A stretch of 64,000 nt of DNA from an uncultured delta proteobacterium (GCA_963706575.1 CAVPNL010000002.1:96001-160000); one strand, 5' to 3'; positions 48,598 to 59,413 are shown, counted from the stretch's first letter. Numbers and translations are program-made. The notes: generated from the sequence alone by a model not told the origin.

Positions 48598-49851
48598 TTA
48601 TTTAAAAGATGGAATTAAACTGAGTGCATCATCGGTAACGTGATCAACAATTCCCTGGAGCCATTGAGTTCCGGTGTCGCCATCAGCCGGTGGTAGTCCC
48701 TGAATCACGGTAATATAATCCAAGCCGTTTTTCTTGATCCCCTTTTGGATTTTTTCAAGAAAGGCATCTCGCTCACGCGACTCTCCGGCTTCGGTACGGC
48801 TTTGATTGAGCAAATCTTTCAACCGCGGCCACTGCGCCACCAATTCCTGTTTTTGCTTCCATGCAGGAGATGATCGGCCAAGCTCATTTTTTGGGAAGGG
48901 TTCCATCTCCATGGAAATTTGGATCTTGTCACAAAGCGCTTCAAGCCGATTAGCCCGCTCTGTGATGGCACGACCCACATTTTCTTCGAGTCCGGCCAAC
49001 AGCGTTTCTGGAAAATATTCTGAAATAAACTGGCTGCGCACGTAGCGGTACCATTGGCCTAAGGCAATCAGATTGGCAATATAAATGATATTGTTAAGCA
49101 CCACTCGCTTTTCGTTTCGATACCGCCCGGGCGAATATGACAAATTGCCGCCTTGCGGTTCACCGCCGAACAACAGGCGCCCGGGCCTGAGCTCATCCTT
49201 GCGAACAATCGTACCGGCGGCCACTGTGGTCCCGTAAGCCAGCCGGCAGGGGCCGACCAGCCCCCCCTGGCCGCCCAGGAATATCGGTGGCTGATTTAAC
49301 ATCACACCTTTTGGCACATCACCGATCAGGGAGGCCGTCACCTTGTCCTGATTGGGTGTAAAATTAAAATGGATGTAGCAACTGCCCACCTCGCTGTGAT
49401 TTTTGCGACTGGTGCCACCGGCCATCAGACAATCGCAAAAATTGATTAAACTTCCCAGGGTGACAAACGGAAAGAGGATCGTATGTTTGGTCCCTACGGT
49501 GTGCGCAATGCTGGCCTGCTCTTCAAAAATGCTGGCTTCACGCACATGCGATCCCAGCCCGGCTTTGGCGTTTGCCAGAAAAACAGCATCTTCAAAAAAA
49601 CCGCCCTTCAGTTCAACCCCGGGCCCGATCTGACAGTTTTTAACGGTAGCCGGGGCTTCAAATCCGATGATAGCACCACTTAAAATGACAGTCGTATCGC
49701 CGAAGATCTTAGAACCCGCATGTATCGACACACCGTCGCCTGAGATTTTATCAATATCTACCTCTGCTCCGATTTCGATACTTTCCGGACAGGCAACCCG
49801 GATTCCTTTGGCAATTAACTGCGCAATTTTTGTTCCTTTTTGGCGTGTCAT
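48598..49851 (-). CDS. GlmU-related left-handed beta-helix protein
   Basis: Hexapeptide-like N-half resembling GlmU C-terminal domain; adjacent to glmM; no NTP-transferase motif seen. Confidence 0.65.
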   Translation of the reverse strand: MTRQKGTKIAQLIAKGIRVACPESIEIGAEVDIDKISGDGVSIHAGSKIFGDTTVILSGAIIGFEAPATVKNCQIGPGVELKGGFFEDAVFLANAKAGLGSHVREASIFEEQASIAHTVGTKHTILFPFVTLGSLINFCDCLMAGGTSRKNHSEVGSCYIHFNFTPNQDKVTASLIGDVPKGVMLNQPPIFLGGQGGLVGPCRLAYGTTVAAGTIVRKDELRPGRLLFGGEPQGGNLSYSPGRYRNEKRVVLNNIIYIANLIALGQWYRYVRSQFISEYFPETLLAGLEENVGRAITERANRLEALCDKIQISMEMEPFPKNELGRSSPAWKQKQELVAQWPRLKDLLNQSRTEAGESRERDAFLEKIQKGIKKNGLDYITVIQGLPPADGDTGTQWLQGIVDHVTDDALSLIPSFK

Positions 49852-49870
49852 AAGCCTATCATAATTGCCG

Positions 49871-51557
49871 TTATCGATTTTGCTTTTTTTGTTTCACATC
49901 ATCTTTAATACGCTTGACATGCCCGCGACCCAGCCCCTTGACTTCACAGCCCAGCTCAAAATAGCGGCGTATCTTTGCGTCATCCAGCACACCGAAACAA
50001 TCGACGATGGCAGCCGGGCGTCCGATCATTTTGACAACATCGTCGGGGTCCAGTTCGAGGTACTCCTGGTGCCGGACGGCAAAAATCACCGCATCGGCAA
50101 ATTGAAGGGCTTTGGATAAATCCGTTTCGATCCGGGTTTCATCCAGCTTGTCCTGATTTCGGAAAAAACGTTTCATGGAATGATCCGGTGCCGGATAGCT
50201 ATCCTGCTTTTCAAGTTCCCACCAGTGCTTGACATAAGGATCGTTTACCGCAATTTCCGCTCCCATTTCCGTTAGTTTGCGAACGATAATCTCAGAGCCG
50301 CTGTATCGCGTATCACCTACCCCCTGGCGGTAGGACGCGCCCAGCAGTACGATTTTAGAGGCCGCAACGATTTTTCCCATGTTGCGCAGTGCATCCCGCA
50401 CCTGCTGCGGCACCCGCAATGAACGCGTATCATTGATATCAATGGCCGCCGGCGTTATTTTGAACACATTATCTTCAAAACCCATCAGGGTATGGTAGGC
50501 CCACACACCCAAGCCGCCGTCTTTGGGCAAACAATAGCCGCCAATGCCGGGCCCGGGGAAAATCATGTTGCTATGGGTCGGCCGGATTTTAATCGCTTCA
50601 ATGACTTTGATCAGGTCCACGCCGTTGCGTTCGGCAAATACGCTCCATTCATCTAAAAAAGCCAGGGTGGTGGCCCGGTAGGAATTTTCAATAATTTTAC
50701 AAGTTTCGCTTTCAATCGGACGGTCCAGTACCGTGAGTGGATATTCTGCCACATTCAGTATTTGCGATAAAAAGATCCGAACCCGTTCCCGGGCCGTTTC
50801 ATTGATGCCGCTGCAAACCCGCCAGAAATCCCGCACGGATGCCACATAATTGCGCCCGGGCATCACGCGCTCAAATGAATGCGCCAAAAGTGGCTCAGCA
50901 ATCCGATAATCCGCGCTTGCCAAACTCTTTTTTTATGATGGGATAGGCCACATATTCGGTGGTTCCCGGCGGTACCGTGGTTTCAATTAAAACCAGGCAT
51001 TCCGGTTTTATCTTTTCCCCGATAATTTTAAGGCTGGCTTCCAGCGCTACGATATCGGCATGACCCTGGCGAACATCGCCGAATGTTTCTTTAAAATAAT
51101 CGCACTGGACATCGACGATGACAACATCGGCCAGACTCAGCGCTTCATAAGTAAACGTAGCGATCAACGTTTTTTTCTCTTTTACGCAGCGTTCGATCAG
51201 GGGGGCGACTTCGGGGTCTTCGGCCTCAACCGGGGCGATGCCTCTGTTGATATAGGGAATTTTCCAAAAGGATCGGGTTGAAGGCCGTTGCATGCCGATG
51301 ACAAACTTGTTGGGTTTGTTGCTATCCGGATCCGTTGAATCGGCGACAACGCCCGCCATCACCGCACCGACAAATCCAACGCCCATTACCACAACGATTT
51401 CTCTGCCCATCAATCGCTGCTCTTTCACGATCCTCTGTAAGCGCTTAAATTCCTTTTGGTAATCTTTTTCCTGGGGTAATTGAAAAGCCTCACCGGTCGG
51501 ACAAACCGAAACCGGGGCTTCTGAATGTGAATTTTCATTCTCCTTTGAAATCTGCAT
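49871..51557 (-). pseudogene. nucleotide-sugar dehydrogenase with one +1 frameshift near 50900
   Basis: GVGFVG, ETTVPPGTT, ERVMPG, KIIENSYR, PGPGIGGYCLPKD; halves join as KRGLSD-AEPLL if one base is removed. Confidence 0.8.
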
Positions 51558-51882
51558 AAAGCATCTCCGTTCGCATTTGATAAGTAGTAATTTTACGGGG
51601 TATTTCAATAAATTATCATCATTATTAACATAAGATATTATCATAAGGCTAGAATAAATCAAACCTAAATCGAGCGTTTCAAATTTTAAAATAAGTCAAA
51701 AAAAATATCCAAAAACCGAGCGGGGCATGCCAGGTAAAAATAATAATTACAATATATTATATCGTAATCATCTTTTTTGGTATTGAAAGACGACTAAAAT
51801 TGTGATTTAATTTAAAACAGTTGAACATTAACGACACTGGCATTTGTCATAGTTCAATTGAATTAGAAAGGAGCTATGTTTA

Positions 51883-52278
51883 ATGGCACGCATACTTATT
51901 ATCGATGACGAAGAGCAAATCCGATCGATGCTCCGATTGATGCTGGAAAGAGTTGGATATGAGGTCGTCGAGGCGCCTGACGGCATCGAAGGGATCAGAA
52001 AATACCGAGAAAAACCTGCCGACCTGATCATCACGGATCTTATTATGCCCAATAAAGACGGCATCGGCATGATTATCGATCTTAAAAAAGAGTTCCCCAG
52101 CGTAAAAATTATTGCCATGTCCGGAGGAGGAGTAAATCGTCCTGAAGGATATCTGGACGGCGCCAAGAAGCTGGGCGCAAATCGCACCCTCACAAAGCCG
52201 ATTGATAGAGAACAAATGCTGATGGCGGTTAAAGAAACCCTGAAGGAAGACTCTCCTGTCGCTGAGTCATCCGTATGA
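51883..52278 (+). CDS. stand-alone response regulator receiver
   Basis: ILIIDDE, ITDLIMP..DG, MSG, KP; AAGGAG RBS. Confidence 0.93.
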   Translation: MARILIIDDEEQIRSMLRLMLERVGYEVVEAPDGIEGIRKYREKPADLIITDLIMPNKDGIGMIIDLKKEFPSVKIIAMSGGGVNRPEGYLDGAKKLGANRTLTKPIDREQMLMAVKETLKEDSPVAESSV

Positions 52279-52529
52279 AGGATTTGCACCATACTGTTTA
52301 AAAATTTTAAATAAACTGCCGAAAAATGACCGGCTCATTTGCGGCTTTTGGCAATTGCGACTTAATTTTTACCAAAAGGAGACCGACAGAAATTTTTTAG
52401 AGTTGCCGCCCGCCTATTTCTATCCCGAAGAATCCCCGGCTTTAAGGTTTTTAGCTTTGCAAATTTTTCCGGATTATTATAAAAGAGTAAGATTGAGGAC
52501 CAAAATCCACGGTCTCTCCTGCTTTACCC

Positions 52530-53378
52530 ATGCTGGATCAAGGGAAAAAATACGTGAAAAATTTCGCTTTAATATTCTGTCTCATCATTCTCATTCCGTT
52601 TAATGCGGCAGCCGATATCATCTTTTTTAAAGATGGCATGAAGACCGTCTGCCAGGAAAAAGCTTGGGAGGAGGAAGGAGAAGTCAGATGTGAATATGGT
52701 GGTGCGATTCTGAGTTATCAAAAAAAAGATGTGATACGGATCGAAAAAATAAGAATTGAAAAACAACCTGAAAGCCTTCCCGGCAAGGATCCCCAGACAC
52801 CCAGCAAAACCGCTGCAAAACAGGCGACATCAGCTCCCGAAATCAAAAAGCCCGCTCCCCCCGGGAAGAAACCGTTCTCTAAAAAGGTTTCCAAAATCGT
52901 CTCAGCAAAGCCAGATATGGCTAAAGCCAAGGGCTTGCAATTTTACAATCCCAGACGTCCTCAAAAGTACTGGAGCAGTGCAGTTTCCAAACACCATTCT
53001 TTTAAAGAAGCCATCGCATCGCTGGCGAAACAGTATGATCGCTCTCCGGAATGGATTCAACATCATATGGGAGAAACCAATGACCTTTCTGAAATCCATC
53101 AAAATTTGAGCATGGGTAAATTAAATGCACCGCTGACGGTACCGGAGGATGACAAAGAAAAAATACCTGAAACACTTTTCTACAATCCGCGAAGACCACA
53201 GAAATACTGGAACAACGCTAACTCAAAGCACAATACATTCAAGGAAGCAATCGCCGCAATGGCCAAAGAATACGAGCGGACGCCGCAATGGGTCCAACAA
53301 TATATGGGAACAACCAACAACCTTAGTGAAATCCATCAGAATTTGGCAAACCAAAAGGAGGTTGAAACTTCGCCGTAA
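52530..53378 (+). CDS. exported hypothetical protein with duplicated 56-aa C-terminal domain
   Basis: Signal peptide ending AAA-D; Pro/Lys-rich linker; two FYNPRRPQKYW...LSEIHQNL units. Confidence 0.8.
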   Translation: MLDQGKKYVKNFALIFCLIILIPFNAAADIIFFKDGMKTVCQEKAWEEEGEVRCEYGGAILSYQKKDVIRIEKIRIEKQPESLPGKDPQTPSKTAAKQATSAPEIKKPAPPGKKPFSKKVSKIVSAKPDMAKAKGLQFYNPRRPQKYWSSAVSKHHSFKEAIASLAKQYDRSPEWIQHHMGETNDLSEIHQNLSMGKLNAPLTVPEDDKEKIPETLFYNPRRPQKYWNNANSKHNTFKEAIAAMAKEYERTPQWVQQYMGTTNNLSEIHQNLANQKEVETSP

Positions 53379-53518
53379 ATTCAAGCGACTGGAAGCCCCT
53401 GCGACGCCCAATCGGGCATTGCGCTTGAACAACACCGGCAATGCGGTAGAGCGCCGTCATTTCTGACACTGCCAAAAACGATGGCAGTTTATCGCGCTAG
53501 ATTACATTATTCATTTTA

Positions 53519-53547
53519 TTGACAATCAAGCAATTTTCCTGTACGAT
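53519..53547 (+). promoter_or_regulatory. candidate sigma-70 promoter
   Basis: TTGACA-17 nt-TACGAT. Confidence 0.5.
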
Positions 53548-53648
53548 TTTAACAAATATATATTGTAATATAGACTATTTATATTACCTGTTGTTGCAGC
53601 TCCGCAAAGCCGCTTTGTGCTTTGCGATTTTTGAAAGGTCAGGCCCTC

Positions 53649-54203
53649 ATGCTTTCAGTCAGTCGCGATATTGTTGCATTAATCCGAATATTCACCAGCT
53701 GTTTGACAGCCGCTTTTTTAATTTTCTTCATCTCCTCACTATCCGGAGAAGATCTGATTAAAAACAACAGCTTCATTGACGATCTGGATAGAAACCTTTT
53801 GGAAATCACGGCCGAATTGGAAAGTGGTATCGAAAACAGAATTAACCAGCTGGGAGAAGTACCCGCCATCAATCCCTATAAAAAATTTTACTGCGCCGAA
53901 TTTGCAAAAGAGATTCACGAAGTTTCATATTTAACAGAAAAGCAAAAAATTTTATTCGATGCATTTAATGTCCGTGACTTTGAAAGTAAATCAAAGCGCC
54001 TGGTAAAATATTCAGAAAATGCCAATATGCAGGCCCTGATGAATGAGCTTGAGATTGTAAAAAGAGAGCTAAAAAATTCCGTCAATTTGATTGATAAAAG
54101 GCGCAAAAAACTCGTACGCCAAAGAACGGCCTATATTATCCTCTTTTTCGTACTCTGGATTGTGATCTATTTCTATTATAGCCGCGGCTTTATCAGGCGA
54201 TAA
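53649..54203 (+). CDS. hypothetical membrane-anchored coiled-coil protein
   Basis: Hydrophobic segments at both termini, helical middle. Confidence 0.7.
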   Translation: MLSVSRDIVALIRIFTSCLTAAFLIFFISSLSGEDLIKNNSFIDDLDRNLLEITAELESGIENRINQLGEVPAINPYKKFYCAEFAKEIHEVSYLTEKQKILFDAFNVRDFESKSKRLVKYSENANMQALMNELEIVKRELKNSVNLIDKRRKKLVRQRTAYIILFFVLWIVIYFYYSRGFIRR

Positions 54204-54257
54204 CCCTACAATAAATCAGAATTTTTTACCCTTTCGCATAAAGAAAACCGGTTCCTC

Positions 54258-55811
54258 ATGTATCAGTCATTTTATAACTTAAAAGTTAAGCCATTCCAAA
54301 TCACAACGGATCCGAAATTTTTATGGCTCGGTGAAAAGCATAAAGAAGCCCTCGCGACGCTTAAATACGGTATCTTGGAAAACAAGGGTTTTCTTCTGCT
54401 AACCGGCGATGTCGGAACCGGCAAAACCGTTTTAATCCACGGTCTGACGAAGATCATTGACGTTTCGGCAATTGTGGCCACCATTCCGGACCCCGGGCTA
54501 AGCAGCATTGATTTTTTTAATTTTCTTTCCGAAGAGTTAAAGATGAACCGGCGCTTCGACAGCAAAGGCGCCTTTCTGATCCACTTAAAGCATTTCCTGC
54601 ATAAAGCCTCGGCAACCGATAAGAAAGTTCTGTTGATCGTTGACGAAGCCCAGCGGCTCAATCACGAGCTCATCGAGCAGATCAGGCTTTTGTCGAACAT
54701 CGAACTGGACAACCGCAAATTGATCAACATCTTTTTTGTCGGCCAAAGCGAATTCAACAAAATGATTAACGAAGAACGCAATAAAGCCGTCAGACAGCGA
54801 ATATCGGTTAGCTACCATATTGATCCCCTGACCGAGCAGGAAACGCGCGAATACATTAACCATCGACTCAAGGTTGCCGGATGCAACCGGGAGCTTTTTA
54901 AACCGGAAGCTGTGCGAAAAGTCTATACTTTTTCCCACGGATACCCGCGACTCGTGAACATCATTTGTGATCACGCACTGCTGACCGGATATTCCGTCGG
55001 AAAAAAAATCATTGATGCCGGGGTGATCAAGGAATGTGAAAAAGAGCTTAAAATTCCCATCAATGAAACGAACAAAGAAAAAAATAACGCGGAATTCTTG
55101 GAACCGAAAGAAAGCCCATTCGCCGTGCTTCAAAACCAATCTACGGGCAAACGAATCGGATATTTCGCCGTTATTGTTTTACTGCTCGTGGTCACCGGTT
55201 ATTTTTTATTTAATCTGCAATCAAAAGATAAACCCCGCTGGAAAATGGAGGAAATCGCTCCCCAATCTTACGATTCTCCAGCTTTAAAAGCCAAAGAATC
55301 TTTCGTCCCCGGGGTGGTTGGTGAAACTGAAACTACAAAGAAATTGCCGGCGGTAAAACGGTTCGATGAACAGGTCATGGAGGGCACGGATTCTGAGCAG
55401 TCCGGCGAGCTGAAAATCGCAGACCAAAACGATGAATTATCAACCGAGCCGCAAGTCAGTCCTTTTCCGGATCGCAAAATAGTGATTTACTTCAAGCACA
55501 ATTCAAATGATCTTCCGGATCTAGCCTATGACATGCTGGATCGCATTGCTGATTTTATGGTCCACAATCCGAAAACCAATATCAATATCAATGGCTATAC
55601 GGATTCAACCGGGGCATACAGTTATAATGTCAGTGTTTCTCAGTTCAGGGCCAATATGGTCAAAGGTTACCTGGTCGGCAAAGGGGTTGAACCACTCAAA
55701 ATAAATGCCCTGGGCCTGGGCCCTAAAGATCCGATTGCCAGTAACGAAACGGACAAGGGCAGACAAATGAACCGCCGGGTTGAAATCGAGCTCAATCTTG
55801 ATAACTCGTAG
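54258..55811 (+). CDS. ExeA/GspA-family AAA ATPase with TM and C-terminal OmpA-like domain
   Basis: PF....DP.F, GDVGTGKT, VDEAQ, GQ.E, GYPRLVNIICD; GYTD..G..YN..S..RA, NRRVEI. Confidence 0.9.
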   Translation: MYQSFYNLKVKPFQITTDPKFLWLGEKHKEALATLKYGILENKGFLLLTGDVGTGKTVLIHGLTKIIDVSAIVATIPDPGLSSIDFFNFLSEELKMNRRFDSKGAFLIHLKHFLHKASATDKKVLLIVDEAQRLNHELIEQIRLLSNIELDNRKLINIFFVGQSEFNKMINEERNKAVRQRISVSYHIDPLTEQETREYINHRLKVAGCNRELFKPEAVRKVYTFSHGYPRLVNIICDHALLTGYSVGKKIIDAGVIKECEKELKIPINETNKEKNNAEFLEPKESPFAVLQNQSTGKRIGYFAVIVLLLVVTGYFLFNLQSKDKPRWKMEEIAPQSYDSPALKAKESFVPGVVGETETTKKLPAVKRFDEQVMEGTDSEQSGELKIADQNDELSTEPQVSPFPDRKIVIYFKHNSNDLPDLAYDMLDRIADFMVHNPKTNININGYTDSTGAYSYNVSVSQFRANMVKGYLVGKGVEPLKINALGLGPKDPIASNETDKGRQMNRRVEIELNLDNS

Positions 55812-55815
55812 ACGG

Positions 55816-55900
55816 CTCACGCCAAGCCTCCAAGACGCGAAACTTCTCAGATTATCTTCCTATAATTTTTTCCTTTGCGAGCTTTGCGGCTTTGCGCGAG
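55816..55900. repeat. inverted pair of 8/9-mer arrays (CGCCAAG / CTTTGCG)
   Basis: CTCACGCCAAGCCTCCAAGACGCGAAA vs CTTTGCGAG CTTTGCGG CTTTGCGCGAG. Confidence 0.75.
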
Positions 55901-55920
55901 GGAAAATCAATTTCTTTAAG

Positions 55921-56373
55921 CTAATTGCCGAAGTCGAACCTAGTTTTTAATAGTTTCAATGTCGCTGCGCTCACCGCAAGACCATTGATCTCTTTGGCTG
56001 AAACCCAGCGGGCCTCTACCGCGTCATCACCCGGTGACGGCTCTCCCAGAACATAATCTGCTGCCAGATCAACAATCACGTAATGGAATCGCACTTTTCC
56101 GGCCGCATCACGATCGATAACGTCAAATGTATAAATCGGCTTTGAAGCCCGGATTTGAATACCTGTTTCCTCCAGTATTTCTCTTTCGGCAGCCTCCTGA
56201 AGCGTTTCACCGATCTCCACACTTCCGCCGGGGATGGCCCAGAGATCTTCCGCGGGCGGCTGCCCCCTGCGAACCAGTAAAACACATTCATCCTTGAACA
56301 CCACTGCACCGACAGCCACCCGGGGATTGCTGGGGTAATCGTTTTTCTTCTTTGGCGGGTAATTTTTCAACAT
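55921..56373 (-). CDS. NUDIX hydrolase
   Basis: Nudix box GGSVEIGETLQEAAEREILEETG. Confidence 0.93.
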   Translation of the reverse strand: MLKNYPPKKKNDYPSNPRVAVGAVVFKDECVLLVRRGQPPAEDLWAIPGGSVEIGETLQEAAEREILEETGIQIRASKPIYTFDVIDRDAAGKVRFHYVIVDLAADYVLGEPSPGDDAVEARWVSAKEINGLAVSAATLKLLKTRFDFGN

Positions 56374-56395
56374 TCAGGTATTTTCCCTTCTTACT

Positions 56396-56595
56396 GGTTT
56401 CAGTGTTCAGATGTCAGAAAACAGAGATCAAACAGAGTGCTTCATCATTTAGTTTTTATCATCTGTCTTCTGCCATCTGACCTCAACTCGACTGAGCTCG
56501 TCGCAGGCTGGCCTCTGAAGTCTGACACCGACAGGGGCGTTATACGCTTTTTTTAACCATTATTCCAGTTTTCCAATATTCCATTATTCCATTCC
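56396..56595. repeat. inverted 7-mer arrays with 27-bp insert, followed by 8-mer array
   Basis: GGTTTCA GTGTTCA GATGTCA GAAAACA vs TCTGTCT TCTGCCA TCTGA..; CCATTATT CCAGTTTT CCAATATT CCATTATT (56557-56588). Confidence 0.8.
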
Positions 56596-56764
56596 GTAAA
56601 AACTGGTTGACCGTCTTGCATCCTTGACACCGGTCGGTCATTGACCTATGGTCCCAGGATTAAGATCGTGCAGAATGCAAGTTTTCCATTGTGGTCTCAC
56701 GCAAGTAATTTACAAAACACGATTCAATTCAACTTAAACTTTTGACTTTTTAAAGGCCGCCGTT

Positions 56765-57907
56765 ATGAAATTCCAATCTAAGCTGCCCGACCTCGAGCTC
56801 ACGATTTTTTCTGTAATGACCCAACTGGCTATTGAACACGGCGCAATCAACCTTTCCCAGGGGTTCCCGGATTTTGACACCTACCCCGAACTTATCTCAC
56901 TGGTGGAAAAGTATATGCGTGAGAGTCATAATCAATATGCCCCCATGCAGGGTGTTATGGTTCTGCGCGAACGAATTGCCGAAAAAGTATACGATCTATA
57001 CGGCGCTCGATACAATCCGGCAACCGAGATAACCATAACATCCGGTGCCACCGAGTCCGTTTTTGCAGCGATTTCCGCAGTCGTGCAAAAAGATGATGAA
57101 GTCATTATATTTGAACCGGCCTATGATGCTTATGCGCCCATCGTCCAATTAAGCGGTGGGATTCCGATTTTTCTCCAGCTAAAGTTTCCGCACTACCATA
57201 TTGATTGGAACATGGTTAAAAACGCCCTCAACAAAAAAACCAAACTTATCATTTTAAATTATCCGCATAATCCCACCGGCGCCGTTTTGTCAAAGGAAGA
57301 TATTTCAAGCCTCTCGCAGATCATAGAAGACACCCAAGCCCTTATTGTCAGCGATGAAGCCTATGAGCACATTATCTTTGATGGGCTGCAGCATGAAAGT
57401 ATTTCCAGACATCCGCAACTGGCGCAACGAAGCTTTGTGATCTGCTCTTTCGGCAAAACCTATCACACCACCGGCTGGAAAATCGGCTACTGCCTGGCAC
57501 CCGAACCGCTTTCAATCGAACTACAGAAGATCCATCAATACCTGACGTTTGCCTCCAACACCCCGATTCAAATGGCCTATGCCGAATTTTTGCAAAACAA
57601 AGACCTGTATCTGGACCTGCCCAATTTTTATCAGCAAAAACGGGACCTGTTTTTAAGTCTTATAAGCAATTCCCGCTTTACGCCCCTCCCCTGCAACGGG
57701 ACCTACTATCAAATGCTGGACTATTCGCAAATTTCAGACGAGCCGGAACTCGTCTTTGCAAAGCAGTTGACCGTAGAACACGGCGTGGCCGCTATTCCAC
57801 CGTCAGCGCTTTATCATCAAAAAGAGGATCACAGGGTATTGCGCTTCTGTTTCGCCAAAAAGACGGAAACCCTTGAAAACGCAGCTGAAAAATTATGCCG
57901 AATTTGA
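56765..57907 (+). CDS. ybdL: class I PLP aminotransferase, methionine aminotransferase-like
   Basis: SKLP..TIF..M, INLSQGFPDF, PHNPTG, SFGKTYHTTGWKIGY, RFCFAK. Confidence 0.85.
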   Translation: MKFQSKLPDLELTIFSVMTQLAIEHGAINLSQGFPDFDTYPELISLVEKYMRESHNQYAPMQGVMVLRERIAEKVYDLYGARYNPATEITITSGATESVFAAISAVVQKDDEVIIFEPAYDAYAPIVQLSGGIPIFLQLKFPHYHIDWNMVKNALNKKTKLIILNYPHNPTGAVLSKEDISSLSQIIEDTQALIVSDEAYEHIIFDGLQHESISRHPQLAQRSFVICSFGKTYHTTGWKIGYCLAPEPLSIELQKIHQYLTFASNTPIQMAYAEFLQNKDLYLDLPNFYQQKRDLFLSLISNSRFTPLPCNGTYYQMLDYSQISDEPELVFAKQLTVEHGVAAIPPSALYHQKEDHRVLRFCFAKKTETLENAAEKLCRI

Positions 57908-59040
57908 AACGAGAAGATTCCGCCAAATCAATCAAAATCAAAATTCAACAGGATCTTGAGCTTCGCATCCTGCACGGGATGGCCTGTGAATGGGATGCGG
58001 CATGGCTCGGTTTGGATCCGGACATGCAGCAACTGATCCGAAGGCCGACGTTTGCGATAAAGGATTTAAAAAGCCAATGGGGAAACTGGTCACCGGAAAA
58101 GCGAAAAATCTCATTGAGCCGACAGTTGGTGCTCAATTATCCCTGGGATTCGATTCGTGATGTTTTGTTGCATGAAATGGCCCATCAAATGGCGCAACAA
58201 CTTTGGGGCACATCCGGCCAAATACCTCATGGTACTGCCTTCAAAAGGGCCTGCCGATTGCTTCACATCGATTCTACGGCTTCCGCCAATTATGCACCGC
58301 TTCAGGATCGCTTGCTGCGGGATACATCCAATGCACATGACAAGCGCATGCTGCGAGTAAAAAAACTTCTGGCGCTTGCGGAAAGCAAAAACCGTTTTGA
58401 AGCCGAAGCGGCCATGGCCAAAGCCCACGAGTTAATTGTCAGGCATAACATCGAGCTCCATCGCCATGAGGACAAGCGTCAATTTCTGAGTATCTTTCTT
58501 GGCTCCCCTGCCCTGCGCCACCCCCGTGAAGATTATCATCTGGCCAATTTGTTGCAGGATTATTATTTTGTCTCTGGAATCTGGGTGTCGGCTTATGTCA
58601 TCGAAAAACAAAAAATGGGCCGAGTTCTGGAGATTAGCGGCACCTCCCCCAATCTAAAAATCGCCGATTACGTCCATGGGTTTATCGTGCAGTTCATTGA
58701 TACACAGTGGCTGAAATACAACCATAAAAGAGGATTGAACCGTTATCGCAAAACCGATTTTTCGGTTGGCATAATAGAAGGATTTCGTAACAAGCTTGAG
58801 TTAAATGTCATTAAAAAGAAAACAAAGAAAGATATTTTCGCCCTCATTCAAAAGGGTGATCCGCAACTGCAAAAATACTTCTCGTTCAAATATCCGCTTA
58901 CCGCCTCGGTGAAAAAAACAGCAACCCGACAGGATCCCCGGGTGTTAAATGCCGGCAAAAAACTCGGTAAAAAATTAGTCATTGCCAGGGGAATCAACGA
59001 ACGAAAAACCTGCCAACCGCGTTTGATCACCGGCACTTAG
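57895..59040 (+). CDS. SprT-like zinc metalloprotease fused to DUF2786-like domain
   Basis: VLLHEMAHQ..PHG..FK..C; RVKKLLALAES.N..EAEAAMAKA.EL. Confidence 0.8.
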   Translation: MPNLKREDSAKSIKIKIQQDLELRILHGMACEWDAAWLGLDPDMQQLIRRPTFAIKDLKSQWGNWSPEKRKISLSRQLVLNYPWDSIRDVLLHEMAHQMAQQLWGTSGQIPHGTAFKRACRLLHIDSTASANYAPLQDRLLRDTSNAHDKRMLRVKKLLALAESKNRFEAEAAMAKAHELIVRHNIELHRHEDKRQFLSIFLGSPALRHPREDYHLANLLQDYYFVSGIWVSAYVIEKQKMGRVLEISGTSPNLKIADYVHGFIVQFIDTQWLKYNHKRGLNRYRKTDFSVGIIEGFRNKLELNVIKKKTKKDIFALIQKGDPQLQKYFSFKYPLTASVKKTATRQDPRVLNAGKKLGKKLVIARGINERKTCQPRLITGT

Positions 59041-59185
59041 CACCGGAGTCATCCTCCCGTATTATTTCAAATTTTATTTCATTTCTTGCCTAAATTTATG
59101 AACTTCGCTTCATGTTTATTTGTAGCTTTATAGAAGTTTTGAGGCGAATATATTATAATTACAGAAACTTGCTATTTCGTTTCAT

Positions 59186-59201
59186 TGGAATGCCTTTTGC
59201 A
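59186..59201 (+). promoter_or_regulatory. candidate sigma-54 promoter
   Basis: TGGAATGCCTTTTGCA with canonical -24/-12 spacing. Confidence 0.5.
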
Positions 59202-59413
59202 TCAATTAAGTCTTGGATACTTTTGTCCTTAAAAACTAAGCGGCGGCTACAGAGCATAAATACAACTGAGTAAATCTGATCTTCTTTATCAATTTTAAGT
59301 ATCAACCATTTCATCAAAAGGATTTGAAAGTGCATATAATTAATCGCAAAACAACAGAAAGACGTTCTGGAGGAAATGGACGAGATTCATATGCTCTAGA
59401 TGGTTATCGAAAT

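Noticed and set aside
50895..50897. TGA as selenocysteine in the sugar dehydrogenase
   Set aside because: The downstream half is in another frame, so read-through would not restore it.
53381..53490. Short inverted repeats as an ncRNA
   Set aside because: Only 7-8-bp stems, no recognisable RNA family, single occurrence.
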